NCBI GenBank assembly: GCA_038087875.1
Contig: CM075996.1
Span: 5,582,001-5,646,000 of the forward strand
Source of the DNA: Malacoraja senta
Taxonomy: Eukaryota
Length of the DNA: 64,000 nucleotides
Reading direction: 5' to 3'
A model generated the notes under the pieces. The model saw nothing but the letters and a program-made list of their open reading frames with translations. It was not told where the DNA came from and did no database searches. The first letter of the stretch is position 1, and each line of letters begins with the position of its first letter. Shown here piece after piece: positions 25,501 to 37,092 of the stretch. A program made the position numbers and the translations under genes.

Positions 25501-28500
25501 CCCTGCCCATGCAGGTGGTCTGCAAGGAGGAGCCCGCCAACGGCAACGGCCCGCCGAGCGGCGGCAACCTCCGTCGCGGGGGCGCGGAGCCGGGCAAGGA
25601 CACGCAGGCCGCTATCAAGGACCTGATGCTGCAGGAGAAGGACAAGCAGATCGAGGAGCTGACCAGGATGCTGAGGCAGAAACAGCAGCTGGTCGAGGCT
25701 CTGCGACACCAGCTCGACCAGGAGAAAGGCACCCTGCCGTCCCCCCCTCCGGCCCCCGACCCCCCCGGCCCACCCACCGTCAAGCAAGAGCACCCGCCCT
25801 CCAGCTGCCTCCTCTCGGGCAAGCCCGGCCCGCTCCCCTACCAGGCCAAGCTCGCCAACCTGCCGCCGCCGGTGAAGACGGTGATGGTGAAGCAGGAGGG
25901 CCGCGGGGGCGCGGCGACCCCCACCCTCCTGCTGACCGCCTCCCAGCCGAGCCGGCTGGCCATGGGCACACTGAGGACGGTCTCGCAGACCCCCGCCCCG
26001 GGACTGCTGACTAACGGCACGGGCACCCACCTCCTCCTCACCGTGGCACCGCAGCGGGCAGACGCCGGCTGTGTCTCACCCCCAGCCAGCAACGTCAACG
26101 AACAGCCGGCCACGCAGGTAATCAATGAACCAGCAGCACCATTATACAGATCATGAGTCTGACGAAGGGTCTCAACCCGAAACGTCACCCATTCCTTCTC
26201 TCCAGAGAAGCTGTTGGAGCAAGGTGCACTTGTTATTGAATGAATATGTTTATTGGCCAAGTATATTCACATACAATGAATTTGCCTTGGTGCTCTGCCC
26301 GCAAGTGACAACATGACATACAGTAACAGTTAAAAATGACACATAAAACATCAAACATTAATAATAAAACATTATCGATTAAACATTAATAATAAAACTA
26401 TCGATTGGGCACCATGCCACCGTATACAAACTATATATGACAGCAATGTTTGTGAAGTACAACTAATATTCCAGCGTAAAGTAAGGAAAGCGGACACTTT
26501 CTTAAACGGGGGATATGCATGATCGTTAATGTCATTTAAAATCCTAATAACCAATTTGAACGTAGGAATGTGAAGGGTTGGTTATGGGAGAAAATTCTGA
26601 AACTTGGAAATGTTTACAGCTGCAGCTACAGGTTGATAATGTTAGATTCAGACAGAGAGGCTGTATCTCTAAACTAAACTAATCACTAGAACCAGGAGCC
26701 TGTCGACGTGACGTTTTTGACCCAGCATTGCTCTCAGCTGCTGGTGTGAAGGCCAAGTTTTTCAAATGTGGAGCGGGAATAACTCCTTTGACCGTGCGAC
26801 CTTCCAAGTTTGGAATTCCGAGCTTGCTGAAACTGTTGGTGCGGCACAGTTGCTGCCTGACAGCTCCGGACACCCGGGTTCCATCCCGACTACGGGTGCT
26901 TGTCTGTACGGAGTTTGTACGTTCTCCCCGTGACCTGCGTGGGTTTTCTCCCAGATCTTCGGTTTCTTCCCACACTCCAAAGACGTGCAGCTTTGTATGT
27001 CAATTGGCTTGGTATAAGTGTTGGATTGTCCCTAGTGTGTGTGGGATAGTGTCAATGTGGGGATCGCTGGTTGGTTGGTGCGGGCTGGGTGGGCCGAAGG
27101 GCCTGTTTACGCGCTGTATCTCTAGACTAAACTAAACTATTAACGACCTGTTTTGGGTGTTAGACGCAGCCCTGCTGCTACTCTGACTCCCCCGACAATT
27201 ACCTGGTTCTCTCTCTTTCTCAGGCAGTGACGCCTTGCCCATCCCCAGAGCAGACACAGCAACCAGCCCCCACCTCCCCGTCAAAGCCACAGCCCCACAC
27301 AGGAATGATGACCCAGACAGGAAAGAAGGTATGTGTTTTGTGTTTGTGATGTGGACCTAATCCTCCGCCTTTCTGTCGCCACGATCCAGGGAAGGTGGGG
27401 GTGCAAAGTGGGGCCCCTCGACTGTCATGAGTATCCATTATAGCCCTGTCCCACGGTACGAGTTCATTCCAAGAGCTCTCTCTCCCGAGTTTGCCCTGAT
27501 TCGAACTCGGACATTTACGGAAATGGCCACTCGTCGGTACTCGGGGCTCTCGTGGACATTTTTCAACATGTTGAAAAAGTCTTCCCGTGCTTACCTGCCG
27601 TTAGCGAGTCTTCCTAAGTACCTGCCGTTAGCGTTACAAGCCGCTAAGAGACGTCCCCGAGCTCCGACGTACCCGCTATGTTCATTCTCCGAGCTTACCA
27701 CGAGTTTGATTTTTTTTTTAACTCGGGAGAGCTCTTGGAATGAACTCGTACAGTGGGACAGGGCTCTAAGTTTGCCAAAGGTCTGTGTTAGAGTGGGAGG
27801 AGTGAGGGAGGAAACCGGAGCACCCGGAGAAAACCCACGCAGGTGGCGGGGAGAACGTACAAACTGCGTACAATAGATAATAGACAATAGGTGCAGGAGT
27901 AGGTCATTCGGCCCTTCGAGCCAGCATCGCCATTCAATGTGATCATGGCTGACCATCCCCAATTCCTGCCTTCTCCAGAGTGTACAAGCCCAGCTGCTCC
28001 ATTCTCTCAGCATATGACAGTCCCGCCATCCCGGGAATTAACCTTGTACAGAGAGTGAAGGCGAAGTCGCATTTAGCTAGAAGCCTCTGCGTGAGACAAC
28101 TCACTGCTCTGGGGCTGTGTCGCGGTCTCTGCTGGTGGTGTCTGACTCCCCCCCCCCCCCATCCCACCCTCCCCTCGCTGTGTTTTAAACATAGGAGCAG
28201 AAGGTGGGCCTGCAGCTGATCACTGGGACATCCGGCGCTGTGCTGTCATATGCCTTCACACCCCAAACCCTGCCGTCGTTCTTTGTAAATAATGTGACGG
28301 AGAGCTCGCTGCAGACTCGGGTGAATAACGGATCCACCTCCCCACACAAGGTGAGTTGGTGAATCTCTTCACACATGTCCAAGATGGCGACGCGAAGCAA
28401 AAACCTCCCACTGGTTTTGGGGGTATACGTCGGCAGCGGTGAGGTTTAGTTGGGAGACGCAGCGTGGAAACAGCCCCTTGGGCCCACCGAGTCCACGCTG

Positions 28501-31500
28501 ACTGTCGGCCGCCCGCCCGCTCACCAGTTCTATCCTACACACCAGGGACGATTTACACAAGCCAATCTCCCTACAGACTTGAACGTCTTTGGGAGGTGGG
28601 AGGAAACCGGAGCACCCGGAGAAAACCCTCGCGGTCACAAGGGAGAACGTACAAACTCCGTACGGACAGCACCCGCGGTCAGGATCAATCTCTGGCACTG
28701 TAAGGCGGCATCTCTACCGCTGCGCCACCAATTGACCTACAAACCTTTATGTCTTTGGAGTGTGGGAGGAAACCAGAGCTCCCAGGACAAAACCCACGCA
28801 GTCTTGTAGGATCAATCTTAGGTCTCTGGTGCTGTCAGGTCTACCGCGGCGCCACTGTGCTGCCCCAGTGGTGTATCCCCAGTGCCACTTGTGTCTCCGC
28901 TCTCTACCCCGCAACATTGGCTGTCTCTCCATGTCGGCTTAGCAAATCTCCTTTAGCTTCAGGTGTATTATTGTCATTTGTACCAGGGTGCAGTGAAAAG
29001 TTTAAATTTTGCATGCCATCCAGTGAAATAGACAACAGGTGCAAGAGTAGGCCATTTGGCCCTTCGAGCCATTCAATGTGATCATGGCTGATCATCCCCA
29101 GTCAGTACCCCGTTCCTGCCTTCTCCCCATATCCCCTGACTCCGCTATTTTTAAGAGCCCTATCTAGCTCTCTCTTGAAAGCATCCAGAGAACCTGCCTC
29201 CACCGCCCTCTGAGGCAGAGAATTCCACAGACTCACCACTCTCTGTGAGAAAAAGTGTTTCCTCGTCTCCGTTCTAAATGGCTTACTCCTTATTCTTAAA
29301 CTGTGGCCCCTGGTTCTGGACTCCCCCAACATCGGGAACATGTTTCCTGCCTCTAGCGTGTCCAAACCCTTAACAATCTTGTCCCATCAAATCCCATAAT
29401 AGATGCAGGACAACTAGTAAAGAATACAATTATGAAGGTTTTAACTTTACACATGGGTGGCGTGAACTGGAATGAGCTGCCTGAACGCACAGCAGATTTA
29501 ACAGTAGCATGCAAAGGGAATTGGACAGGGCCGTAAAGGGGAGGAATTGCAGGGAGTCCGCCATATTGGTAACCAGCTAAACATTCGAGGAGTACTGAGC
29601 TCCACTCAACAGTGACTGAGTTCATTCAATACGTTCCGTGGTGTCGGGCAGTGTGGAGATTAGTAGGTAGACAAAAGTGCTGGAGAAACTCAGCGGGTGC
29701 GACAGCATCTATGGAGCGAAGGAAATAGGCAACGTTTCAGGCCGAAACCCTTCTTCAGACTGATGTATGGTAGGAGGGGGGGGCAGGGAGAAGAAAGGAG
29801 AAAGGAAGAGGAGGAGCCAGAGGGCTGAGGGAGAGCTGAGAAGGGGAGGAGACAGCAAGGGCTACCGGAAATTGGAGAAGTCAATGTTCATGCTGCTAGG
29901 GTGCAGACTGCCTAAGCGGAATATGAGGTGCTGCTCCTCCAATTTACGGTGGTGCTCACTCTGGCCATGGAGGAGGCCCAGGACAGAAAGGTCGGATTTG
30001 GAATGGGAGGGGGAGTTGAAGTGTTGAGCCACTGGGAGATCAGGTTGGTTAATGCGGATCGAGCGGAGGTGTTCGGCGAAACGATCGCCAAGCCTACGCT
30101 TGGTCTCGCCGATGTAGATCAGCTGACATCTAGAGCAGCGAATGCAATAGATGAGGTTGATGATTAGATGAGTACCTGGGGCTTAGAGTTTCGCCAAATA
30201 CATTGACCTATTCACGATAAAGTTCATAACTTTGACCTCGAAGATAGACACAAAATGCCTGGAGTAACTCAGCGGGTCAGGCAGCATCTGTGGAGAATAG
30301 GAACAGGTGACGTTTCGGGTCGAGACTCTTCTTCAGTCCGAAGAAGGGTCTCGACCCAAAACATCACCCATTCCTTCTATCCAGAGATGCTGCCTGACCC
30401 GCTGAGTTACTCCAGGCATTTTGTGTCTATCTTTGGTGTAAACCAGCATCTGCAGTTCCTTCCTATATAACTGTGACCTCGCTCTGCTCACAACCTGGAA
30501 AGCTCCCTGGGATTCTTTCTTGTAGAAGTTGGGTTTGTCCTGAAGGGTATTCCAGATGTGTTATTGGGATGGAATCTCCCTTTGTCATTGTGAGGCCCAG
30601 GTCCAGTTGATGAATGTAATGAAAAGTCAGCCAAGACCTTACTTCCCCAGCTTTATTGCCTGACAGAGAGAAGTGTTTTGGAGCCTAGTCAGTTGGCGAT
30701 GAGATTGGGTATGTCTCACTTATTTATTCACTTATTTATGAACAGCTAAATAAGATCTGTATCTGTTCATCATTAGTTGTTCATAAATAAGTGAAATAAC
30801 ATTGTTATGTGCTATTAAAGTTGCCGGGGGTAAACGGGACGAAAAAGGTTGGGGACCCGTGGCTTAGACCAAGCACAAGGAATCATCAGACATACCCAGA
30901 ACCAAACACAGTCAGTCAATGAGAAAAAATATGTACAAATCCAGAATCAACAAATTTACCCCCTGGGTAGGCAAAATTTACCTCATGGGGGTACATTTAC
31001 ACCATGTTGGGAACCCTTGGTCTAAGCTCTTTGGGGAATAATAATAATAATAATAATAATTACTGGCGCCTTTCTAAAACCCAAGGACACCTTACAATGC
31101 ATAGAATCACAACAAAACAAAAAAAACACATAATCGGAATAAATTAAATAAAAAAACACCACAGTACACAAATCAAGGACAGAATTCAATTTCAAAAGCA
31201 CCAAAAGAAAATAAGAAACACAATTTGAGGAGAGAGCAGCGGTGACCAATTCGCGCCAGCGTCCACTCTCCCCTCCGACCGCCATCTTGCACACAGACTA
31301 ACAGACACAGCACACAAAATCATCCCCCCACAATGACCACCACTGTGGGGGAAGGCACAATGTCCAGTCCCCAACCCAGTTCTCCCCAGAGTCAGGCCTG
31401 TCAAGGAAGCAGGTTAGATGCCATCTTCCTTGTTTCCAGGTGGGATTCCAGGAGAAGTGATGTTAGGGCGGTGGAACTAGAACATGCCTTGGTTTTGTCA

Positions 31501-34015
31501 ACAGTCTCCAACAAGGAGGTTGGAGAACCATGCCAATGCACACTTCTCTGATCGCAGTCCATGTCCAGGCTTAATGGGTCATCTATATAGGTCTCCTTCT
31601 CCTTGCCATGGACCAATGTGTGTCATCATCTCCAACATTTCCTCCATCCCACTGTAAAGCATTGAGTTACTGTGGTCTTAGCCACATCCACGGAGCACTT
31701 GGTCTATTGAGCACAGTCCCCAGTAGGAGCATGATGCCTCTAGCTGTGATTCAGTCCATTGTTAATGGTGATAGGGGCCGACGTGAACCACCGGTCCTGT
31801 TTTCGTGCTCTATCACTCTGAGGAGATGGCTAGGTTGATTTGATCGGATGACAGCTGGAGGATAGGGGCTGCTGCAAAACTGGTGGCATCTTGAACGCCT
31901 TTGCTCACCGTTGCACGAACAAGCTCTTTGTTTCAGTTGTGTATACACCCAGTAGCCAAAGCATTGCTTTGCCATTCGCAGGAGAACTCCAGGAGCCAAG
32001 AGATGGACGATTTGTTCGATATCCTCATTGAAAGTGGAGGTAAGATAACAATGGTGGAATACCGGACGGACGAGAGACCGCAGGCGTGAGACGTTTGAGC
32101 AAAAACCAAACTGCTGGAGGAACTCAGCGGGTCGGGCGGGGGGATCCGTGGAGGGAAATGGGCAGATGACGTTTTGGGACGGGACCCTTCTTCACAAAGG
32201 AGCAGAGTGGAGAAAGCTGCTGGAAGAAGGCGAGGGGAGGGTGGTGGGACGAGAACTGACAAGTGAGAGGCAGATCAATAGAAAATAGACAATAGGTGCA
32301 GGAGTAGGCCATTTGGCCCTTTGAGCCAGCACCGCCATTCAATATGATCATGGCTGATCATCCCCAATCAGTACCCCGTTCCTGCCTTCTCCCCATATCC
32401 CCTGACTCCGCTGTATTTAAGAGCCCTATCTAGCTCTCTCTTGAAAGTATCCAGAGAACCTGCCTCCACCGCCCTCTGAAGCAGATCAAGGTGAAGGGTT
32501 TGCTTAGGACAGGGGTGGGGAACCTGTTCATGTTGGAATGCCACATTAAGTTAGCTGTAATCTAACAAGGAACTTCAACTAGATATACTTCAAACTGTAC
32601 ATTATTTTGTTAAAATAGCCCTCTTGACTTACTAATGTTTTAATTGTGGCCGTCAGTCGGGGAGGATTATTTCGTTGAATCTTTTTTTACTCTTTGGTAT
32701 TTTAAATACATTCGTATTAAGATTAAAATTAAAAATAATAAAAGACGAACAAAAACATATTAATAAAAATAAAAGGATTTGTTCTACAAAATTTGGATTC
32801 ATTCAAAAGGCCGCACTTAATGGCCTTAAGGCCGCAGGTTCCCCACCCCTGGCTTAGGAGATGAATAAACGGAGGGTGGACACAGTAACCAACCTGAAGG
32901 TGAGAGATGGGTGCAAATGGTAGAATTTGATACGATAAGAATCTGGGCAGTGGAATGTCGAAGCAGGCTGAGGGATGGTGGATGGGTGTTGGGAATGGGG
33001 GGCATGGAGTAAGGAGGATGCTCACAAGCACCTCCTGGTGGCGAGGGGCCAAACAGCAGGCGGGTCGGTGAGGAAGTGCGTTAAGGGTCAACATCTGTGG
33101 TTGGTTGTCATTTAGTCTGCAGCGCTGTGGGCGAGGAAAAGTGGAAGGAATTAATGAACCATTCAGTAACACAGTGGCAGTGTAACCCCCTGCCCCATCC
33201 CAATCTAGTTAAAAAGCCCATTGGGGGATTGAAAATCTCCCGCTTGAATCCCAGTGTAATGAACCAAGACTAGAATAAAATGTTCAAGAAAGAACTGCAG
33301 ATGCTGGAAAATCGAAGGTAGACAAAATTGCTGGAGAAACTCGGTCTGAAGAAGGGTTTCGGCCTATTTCCTTCGCTCCATAGATGCTGCTGCACCCGCT
33401 GAGTTTTTCCAGCATTTTTGTCTACCCAAGACTAGAATAATGCAGAAGAGAAATGATCAAAGTTGTTGCTTATTTTCTTTGCCTTCATTCACAGAGATTT
33501 CAGTCAATGCCAAGGACATTACCACCACTTTAGACCCGCCATCTCCTCAGAGTGTGTCCCCCACGCTAACCATGTCTCCACCGCTGTCTGCTCTCAAACT
33601 GGAGCCACCATCTCCCCAGTTGCTGCTGGAGCCCATCGCCGACAGTCAGTCCGCTCACCAGGAGAGCCGGCTGGAGGACTTTCTCGTCAGCACGACCGGG
33701 GTGCCGTTGTTATCCGTAGACCACGACGGCACGCAGCCCCTCTCGCTCATCGACGATCTACACAACCAAATGCTGAGCAGCTCCAGCATACTGGAGCACT
33801 CGCACTCTCCCATGGACACTTCGGACTTGCACTTCACCACCGACACCACCAGCCTGACCCTGGACCTTGCCGACACTAACTTGGACAACATGGAGTGGCT
33901 GGACCTCACGATGGGCGGCCCCTCCGTGGGTCTCGCTCCCTTGAGCTCCGTGACCCCCAGCGTCTTCTCCACTGACTTCCTAGACGGTCACGACTTGCAT
34001 TTACACTGGGATTAA
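7456..34015 (+). CDS. MRTFA: Myocardin-related transcription factor (MRTF-A-like; paralogue identity uncertain), spliced CDS, 5'-partial. Exons: 7456-7511, 8908-8983, 10059-10219, 16769-16941, 19836-19961, 20079-20329, 23661-23819, 25095-26117, 27224-27328, 28195-28350, 31982-32039, 33495-34015
   Basis: AG/GT-bounded exons translate in order to LKSPAAFHEQRRSLERAR, RPERAEL, RPGPMEL, FDEDSSDALSPEQP, KKLKYHQYMPPDQK, QQQQLFLQLQIL, SAP domain, LZ, MDDLFDILIESG and FSTDFLDGHDLHLHWD*. Splice phases are consistent except for two 1-nt shortfalls (see findings). Confidence 0.93.
8431..8658. mobile_element. Harbinger-like MITE (same subfamily as 41171-41390)
   Basis: TIR AGGGCCTGTCCCACTTTCACGACC...GGTCGTGAAAGTGGGACAGG. 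Confidence 0.78.
8908..8983 (+). CDS. MRTFA: MRTF exon: RPEL2, TEDYLKRKIRLRPERAELVRMHILE
   Basis: tttgcAG acceptor, GTAAGG donor; RPxxxEL motif; lies inside ORF 8893..9084. Confidence 0.95.
10059..10219 (+). CDS. MRTFA: MRTF exon: B2/RPEL3, ETSAEPSLQATQMKLKRARLADDLNEKIAQRPGPMELVEKNILPVDSSVKEA; apparent 1-nt deletion gives TAG just before the donor
   Basis: tgtgcAG acceptor, GTGAGC donor at 10220; RPGPMEL motif. Confidence 0.93.
10400..10760 (-). mobile_element. Rex1/Babar non-LTR retrotransposon 3' fragment
   Basis: SILTGCIVAWFGN...LQKVV...RCLKKAANIIKDPHHPGH is the typical Rex-Babar ORF end; related copies at ~14590-14840 (+) and ~55130-55340 (-). Confidence 0.75.
11253..11620 (+). mobile_element. 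tRNA-derived V-SINE (HE1-like) with internal triplication
   Basis: A box GTGGCGCAACGG, B box GGTTCGATCC, V-domain GAGTTTGTACGTTCTCCCC, LINE-like tail and (TAAAC)n end. Confidence 0.85.
12116..12450 (-). mobile_element. V-SINE (HE1-like) with internal duplication
   Basis: Reverse complement of the same SINE consensus. Confidence 0.85.
15333..15624 (+). mobile_element. CR1 LINE 3' fragment inserted into a duplicated exon relic
   Basis: ggccacagtcttagaataaagggg...cctattttcta. Confidence 0.85.
16769..16941 (+). CDS. MRTFA: MRTF exon: DNHVPYTALADNSSFDEDSSDALSPEQPGSQDSLGSLPSP...SPTQ
   Basis: tcttgcAG acceptor (phase 1), GTTTGG donor; conserved FDEDSSDALSPEQP motif. Confidence 0.9.
17224..17463. 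mobile_element. Harbinger-like MITE inserted in a V-SINE
   Basis: TTA|AGGGCCGGTCCCACTTG...CAAGTGGGACAGGCCCT|TTA. Confidence 0.8.
17512..18646. mobile_element. Non-autonomous DNA transposon with 8-bp TSD (P- or hAT-like), carrying a nested CR1 fragment
   Basis: TIRs CAAAGATCCTATAGCGAAGCAAGAT / ATCTTGCTTGCTATAGGATCTTTG; TSD GGCAGAAG at 17504-17511 and 18647-18654. Confidence 0.82.
17670..18434 (+). mobile_element. CR1 LINE ORF2 3' end (young, reading frame intact)
   Basis: ORF 17649..18338 RDLGVMVH...LYRVLVRPHLEYCVQFWSP...RLRGDLIETYK; tttctatg-type tail. Confidence 0.92.
19836..19961 (+). CDS. MRTFA: MRTF exon: YLVSLPTGTELNRFKPVSDQQIAKLVNGVPSLITKPAPMLIK
   Basis: gttgcAG acceptor, GTAAGC donor; 126 nt, phase 0/0; ends in PxLIK as MRTFs do. 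Confidence 0.85.
20079..20329 (+). CDS. MRTFA: MRTF exon: B1 basic (SRF-binding) and Q-rich regions, QSQPKS...KKLKYHQYMPPDQK...QQQQLFLQLQIL...ILPAPPK
   Basis: ccctccAG acceptor, GTAAGT donor; ORF 20040..20333. Confidence 0.96.
20682..21225 (+). mobile_element. CR1 LINE 3' fragment
   Basis: ORF 20624..21142 YCVQFWSPNLRKDI...VVNLWNSLP. Confidence 0.88.
21800..22518 (-). mobile_element. CR1 LINE ORF2 3' end, near-identical inverted copy of 17700-18430
   Basis: ORF 21887..22522 gives almost the same peptide as 17649..18338. Confidence 0.92.
22798..23118 (+). mobile_element. Penelope-like element 3' end (GIY-YIG C-terminus plus pLTR-type tail)
   Basis: LEEQHLIFRLGSLHPSGMNIDFSNF coding remnant, then CTGAAGA-GGGTCTCGACCC-GAAACGTC tail. 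Confidence 0.75.
23661..23819 (+). CDS. MRTFA: MRTF exon before SAP: QNNDHHTNSGLTTVRPLTNSTSSSGS/GVLRQNSCMAVIKPPASLPTNLDDLK; apparent 1-nt deletion in the G run
   Basis: ccttccAG acceptor, GTGAGT donor; RQNS...LPxNLDDLK motif in the shifted frame (ORF 23745..24107). Confidence 0.88.
24100..25045 (+). repeat. C-rich polypyrimidine minisatellite (CCCTTCCCCTCACCC-like units)
   Basis: About 0.9 kb of almost pure C/T with sparse A, directly upstream of the SAP exon. Confidence 0.95.
25095..26117 (+). CDS. MRTFA: MRTF large exon: SAP domain (VAELKQELKLRALPVSGTKTDLIERLR) and leucine zipper (MLQEKDKQIEELTRMLRQKQQLVEALRHQL)
   Basis: ccggcAG acceptor, GTAATC donor; 1023 nt open, GC-rich third positions; ORF 25056..26156. 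Confidence 0.96.
27224..27328 (+). CDS. MRTFA: MRTF exon (Pro/Gln-rich): AVTPCPSPEQTQQPAPTSPSKPQPHTGMMTQTGKK
   Basis: Strong polypyrimidine tract ctctctttctcAG, GTATGT donor; 105 nt, in frame; little sequence conservation to lean on. Confidence 0.7.
27441..27767. mobile_element. Harbinger-like MITE (third subfamily)
   Basis: TIR AGCCCTGTCCCACGGTACGAGTTCATTCCAAGAGCTCTC / GAGAGCTCTTGGAATGAACTCGTACAGTGGGACAGGGCT. Confidence 0.78.
28195..28350 (+). CDS. MRTFA: Probable MRTF exon: EQKVGLQLITGTSGAVLSYAFTPQTLPSFFVNNVTESSLQTRVNNGSTSPHK
   Basis: aaacatAG acceptor, AAG|GTGAGT consensus donor; 156 nt open, phase 0/0; non-repetitive island. Confidence 0.62.
29028..29380 (-). mobile_element. CR1 LINE 3' fragment
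   Basis: ORF 29102..29365 has the CR1 C-terminus. Confidence 0.85.
29665..30160 (-). mobile_element. Penelope-like element 3' end
   Basis: Reverse complement carries RLGDRFAEHL...LEEQHLIFRLG-type GIY-YIG C-terminus and the same tail. Confidence 0.78.
31982..32039 (+). CDS. MRTFA: MRTF exon: ENSRSQEMDDLFDILIESG (an in-frame upstream acceptor at 31937 is also possible)
   Basis: ccattcgcAG acceptor, G|GTAAGA donor; conserved MDDLFDILIxSGE motif. Confidence 0.9.
32510..32851. mobile_element. hAT (Charlie-like) MITE
   Basis: Perfect 17-bp TIR CAGGGGTGGGGAACCTG / CAGGTTCCCCACCCCTG; 8-bp TSD GCTTAGGA on both sides. Confidence 0.9.
33495..34015 (+). CDS. MRTFA: MRTF last coding exon: transactivation domain ending ...RLEDFLVSTTG...LDNMEWLDLT...FSTDFLDGHDLHLHWD*
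   Basis: cattcacAG acceptor; ORF 33440..34015; TAA at 34013-34015. Confidence 0.95.
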
Positions 34016-36764
34016 CGTCAACAGCCAAAACGTTGTGGGCAACCCTTCACAAAGCCCCTCGGTCAACGTGGGACTTTGGCCGGGGGGGGGGGGGCTGGTG
34101 CTGAATCGGGGAGAGAGTGTCCTCCAGCGTGGTTCTCCGTTGTCACTTTCACTGAGCGGGAGCCATCAACGCACATCCTTTCCGCCAAGGATCAGAGGGC
34201 CTTCCCTGTGCATGACAAGATTCGCGGGCAAATACAGGCTGGAGCTCGTGGCTGTACCTCCTGAGCCCAAGCAGTGCTGCTGATGGAACCGAGTCCAAAA
34301 TCAGAGGATGGACTTTATTAAATTTGACCCGAACGAAATGGAGACGTTGATCTGTGGTCTTCACGAGGCTTCTGGGTTGGTCTTGTGGTGAGAGGGTGTA
34401 CAACCGCAGCACGTTCTGCCTCTCCGATTTTCCTTTGCCAAGCCTGTCCCTTTGCACTGATTTGGGGCAAGTACAAGTTTTTAAGACTGATACCCAAAGG
34501 TACAGTAACTGAGTGGGGAATTGGAAAGCCAGCACTCTTCCCCGCCACCAGCCCCGGCCCCGTTCAGTACGAGTCTGAATGTCATCGTGGTCTGCCTCCA
34601 GAACGTGGTCCTGCTCTAAGATCATGAAATGAGACTTGTGTTCGCGACCGGCTCGGATTGTAACCGCAATGTTTTGGCTTTGTTGTGAAATCATTTCTTG
34701 CCCCAGCTATCTGGAAGTGTTTGCTTTAGTCTGCGGAGAGGAGTTGAACTTTAGCCCTGGACAGCCTTCACCTAAGTCTCCTTACGTGCCATTTGTTCTC
34801 AGCCCAGACGTGGAGTTGGATTATTGGAGCCAGCCGGCGGGTGTTGTCCCATAGCTGGAACTTAGCCCAAAGGTCAGACACCATCAACGTCCACTCTGCC
34901 AACTACATATCCAGGATTGTGAACCAAGAAGTCCCAGCTTAAAGAGGAAAGTGTCAGGACAATCCCAGTGCAGTCTTTGTGGTGTAGACGCCAGGTGAAC
35001 TAAGCTGGAGCTGTCGAATATTGAGCGGGGCATTCACCTTCGACTGACAACCGAGTCAGGTGCAACATCTCTGCGCTCCCCCCCCTGGTCTGTGGGCGCG
35101 GGGCTGTCCGTCCGGTTTTCTCCTTTCCCTCGGCGGCCCAAGCTGTGTGGCCCGTGCGAGGGGTTCCTCAGCCTCCCACACGCCTCACCCTTCACACTGC
35201 GAAGGGAGTCTGAGAAACCGAGGGTTCGAAGGCCGGAAAGGGGCCATGAATTAACGCAGTATTTCTTAAAAGAAAACACACAAAAAAAAGGCGTTTTTAA
35301 ATCCGCGGCAGGAAGAAGAAATTGTCCTTCCTGCCAGCTACATGAAGAATTTTTTTTTAAACTGTAAAGTTACAATCATTAAGAATGTTAAATTGCATAC
35401 TGTAATATGTGCACTCTAAGTCATATCTGTGTATAGGTTGCATAGCTACCTACAGCTATGTTATATAAATCACGATAATAGAACACTGGTGTACAGGGCC
35501 CACTTTTGAATACAAGCCTTGAAAATGACTACTTTGCCCAGCCTAGTGGAATAGCAGTTAGACGTATGCCTCCGTGGCTTCTGGTACAGAGCTTGTGTGA
35601 CTCACCAGTGTTGTCTGCATCTCATGCCTTGAGAAGCAGCACGACCAAGCTAATGCATTTCCATTCTGAACCAAGCATTGTTGGCTGAGAGTGAGGCAGC
35701 ATTAACTTTGGTGCAAGGAAGGATTGTGTGCTTGGCTTCTGGGACATTAACACTAAGCTGAAGGAATCTTATGAGGAACAAGCTTGGACACAATGACAGA
35801 AGGGTGGAAGTTGCCTTGAATTATTTGTTTCTTTCACATTAAGTTATAGTTACCGGGCATTGTATTGAGTTCTGAACAATGCTGTGATTTTTTATTTTAG
35901 AAGATAAGACACAAAATGCTGGAGTAACTCAGGCAGCATCTCTGGACAGAAGGACTGGGTGACGCTTCGGGTGGAGACCCCTTCTTCAGACTGAGAGTCG
36001 GGAGAGGGGAGACAGAGATAAGGAAGTGTGAGGTGTGAAAACAAGACATCAAAGGGGATGTGGATCAAGGAAAATGTAGACTAGATCATTGTTAGCTACG
36101 AGAAGGTGACAACGAAGATAAAAATTTAAGCAAGGGGCAATTTAAGCAAGGTCGGAGAACTAGGAAGGGGGAGGGATGGAGAGAGAGGGAAAGCAAGGGT
36201 TACTTGAAGTTTGAAGTCAATATTCATACCGCTGAGGTGTAAGCTGCCCAAGCAAAATAATTCTTGAAACATTTGACATGTGTTTTGCTCAAATCATGTT
36301 TCACATATTCTGCAAGCCTTGTAGTTGAAGATGGAGCGTACATCATGCATAATTACTATTACAAGTTAGTGGCCAATACAACCGTTCTAGTAGCCAAAAG
36401 TGATTTTACAAGGGGGCTGGGTTCCATTTGCTTTGGTGATCAGTTCTTTGCTCAAGTCTTCTGTTCCTGTTGACCACATATTGCGTTTCAGTCTAGGGGA
36501 AGCCCACTGCAGGAGCTGACGGCTTCAATGTTGTCGAGTTATTCTTTTAGGAGGTTGAGAGAGATAACAGCAGCGTCATTGTTCCCTGGTCCATTAGGGA
36601 ATACAGAGTGAAGCAATTGGCAGTGGAAGGGGAGAATTTAATTTTCAACGGTGGTGAGGAAATGATTGAAGCTTGTTGATCTGATCCAAGGCACAGTAGA
36701 CCACTGCCTCTCACACCACGGAAGGTGTGTTTTATCGAAAGATTGGAGTCTCACTCCAAGCTAA

Positions 36765-37092
36765 GGGGCGGCATGGTGGCGCAGCGGTAGAGTTGCTGCC
36801 TTACAGTGTTTCAGGTGCCAGATGCCGGGTTCGATCCTGGCTATGGCTGCTGTCTGTACAGAGTTTGTACGTTCTCCCCGTGACCTGCGTGAGTTTTCTC
36901 CTGAACTTCTGCTTCCTCCCACACTCCAAAGACGTACAGGTTTGTAGGTTATTTGGCCTGGTACAAATGTTTTTTAAAAACTGTCCCTCGTGTAGGATAG
37001 TGTTAATGTGCGGGGATCGCTGGCCGGCGCGGACTCGGTGGGCAGAAAGGGCTTGTTTCCGCGCTATACGTGTAAACAAAACTGAACTAAAC
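36765..37092 (+). mobile_element. V-SINE (HE1-like), near full length
   Basis: GGGGCGGCATGGTGGCGCAGCGG start, B box, V-domain, tail. Confidence 0.85.

Noticed and set aside
25011..26030. 339-aa minus-strand ORF
   Set aside because: Antisense shadow of the GC-rich SAP exon.
28379..28392. YY1-like CAAGATGGCG motif after an exon donor
   Set aside because: Single short motif that also occurs in repeats (reverse copy near 31280); no supporting context.
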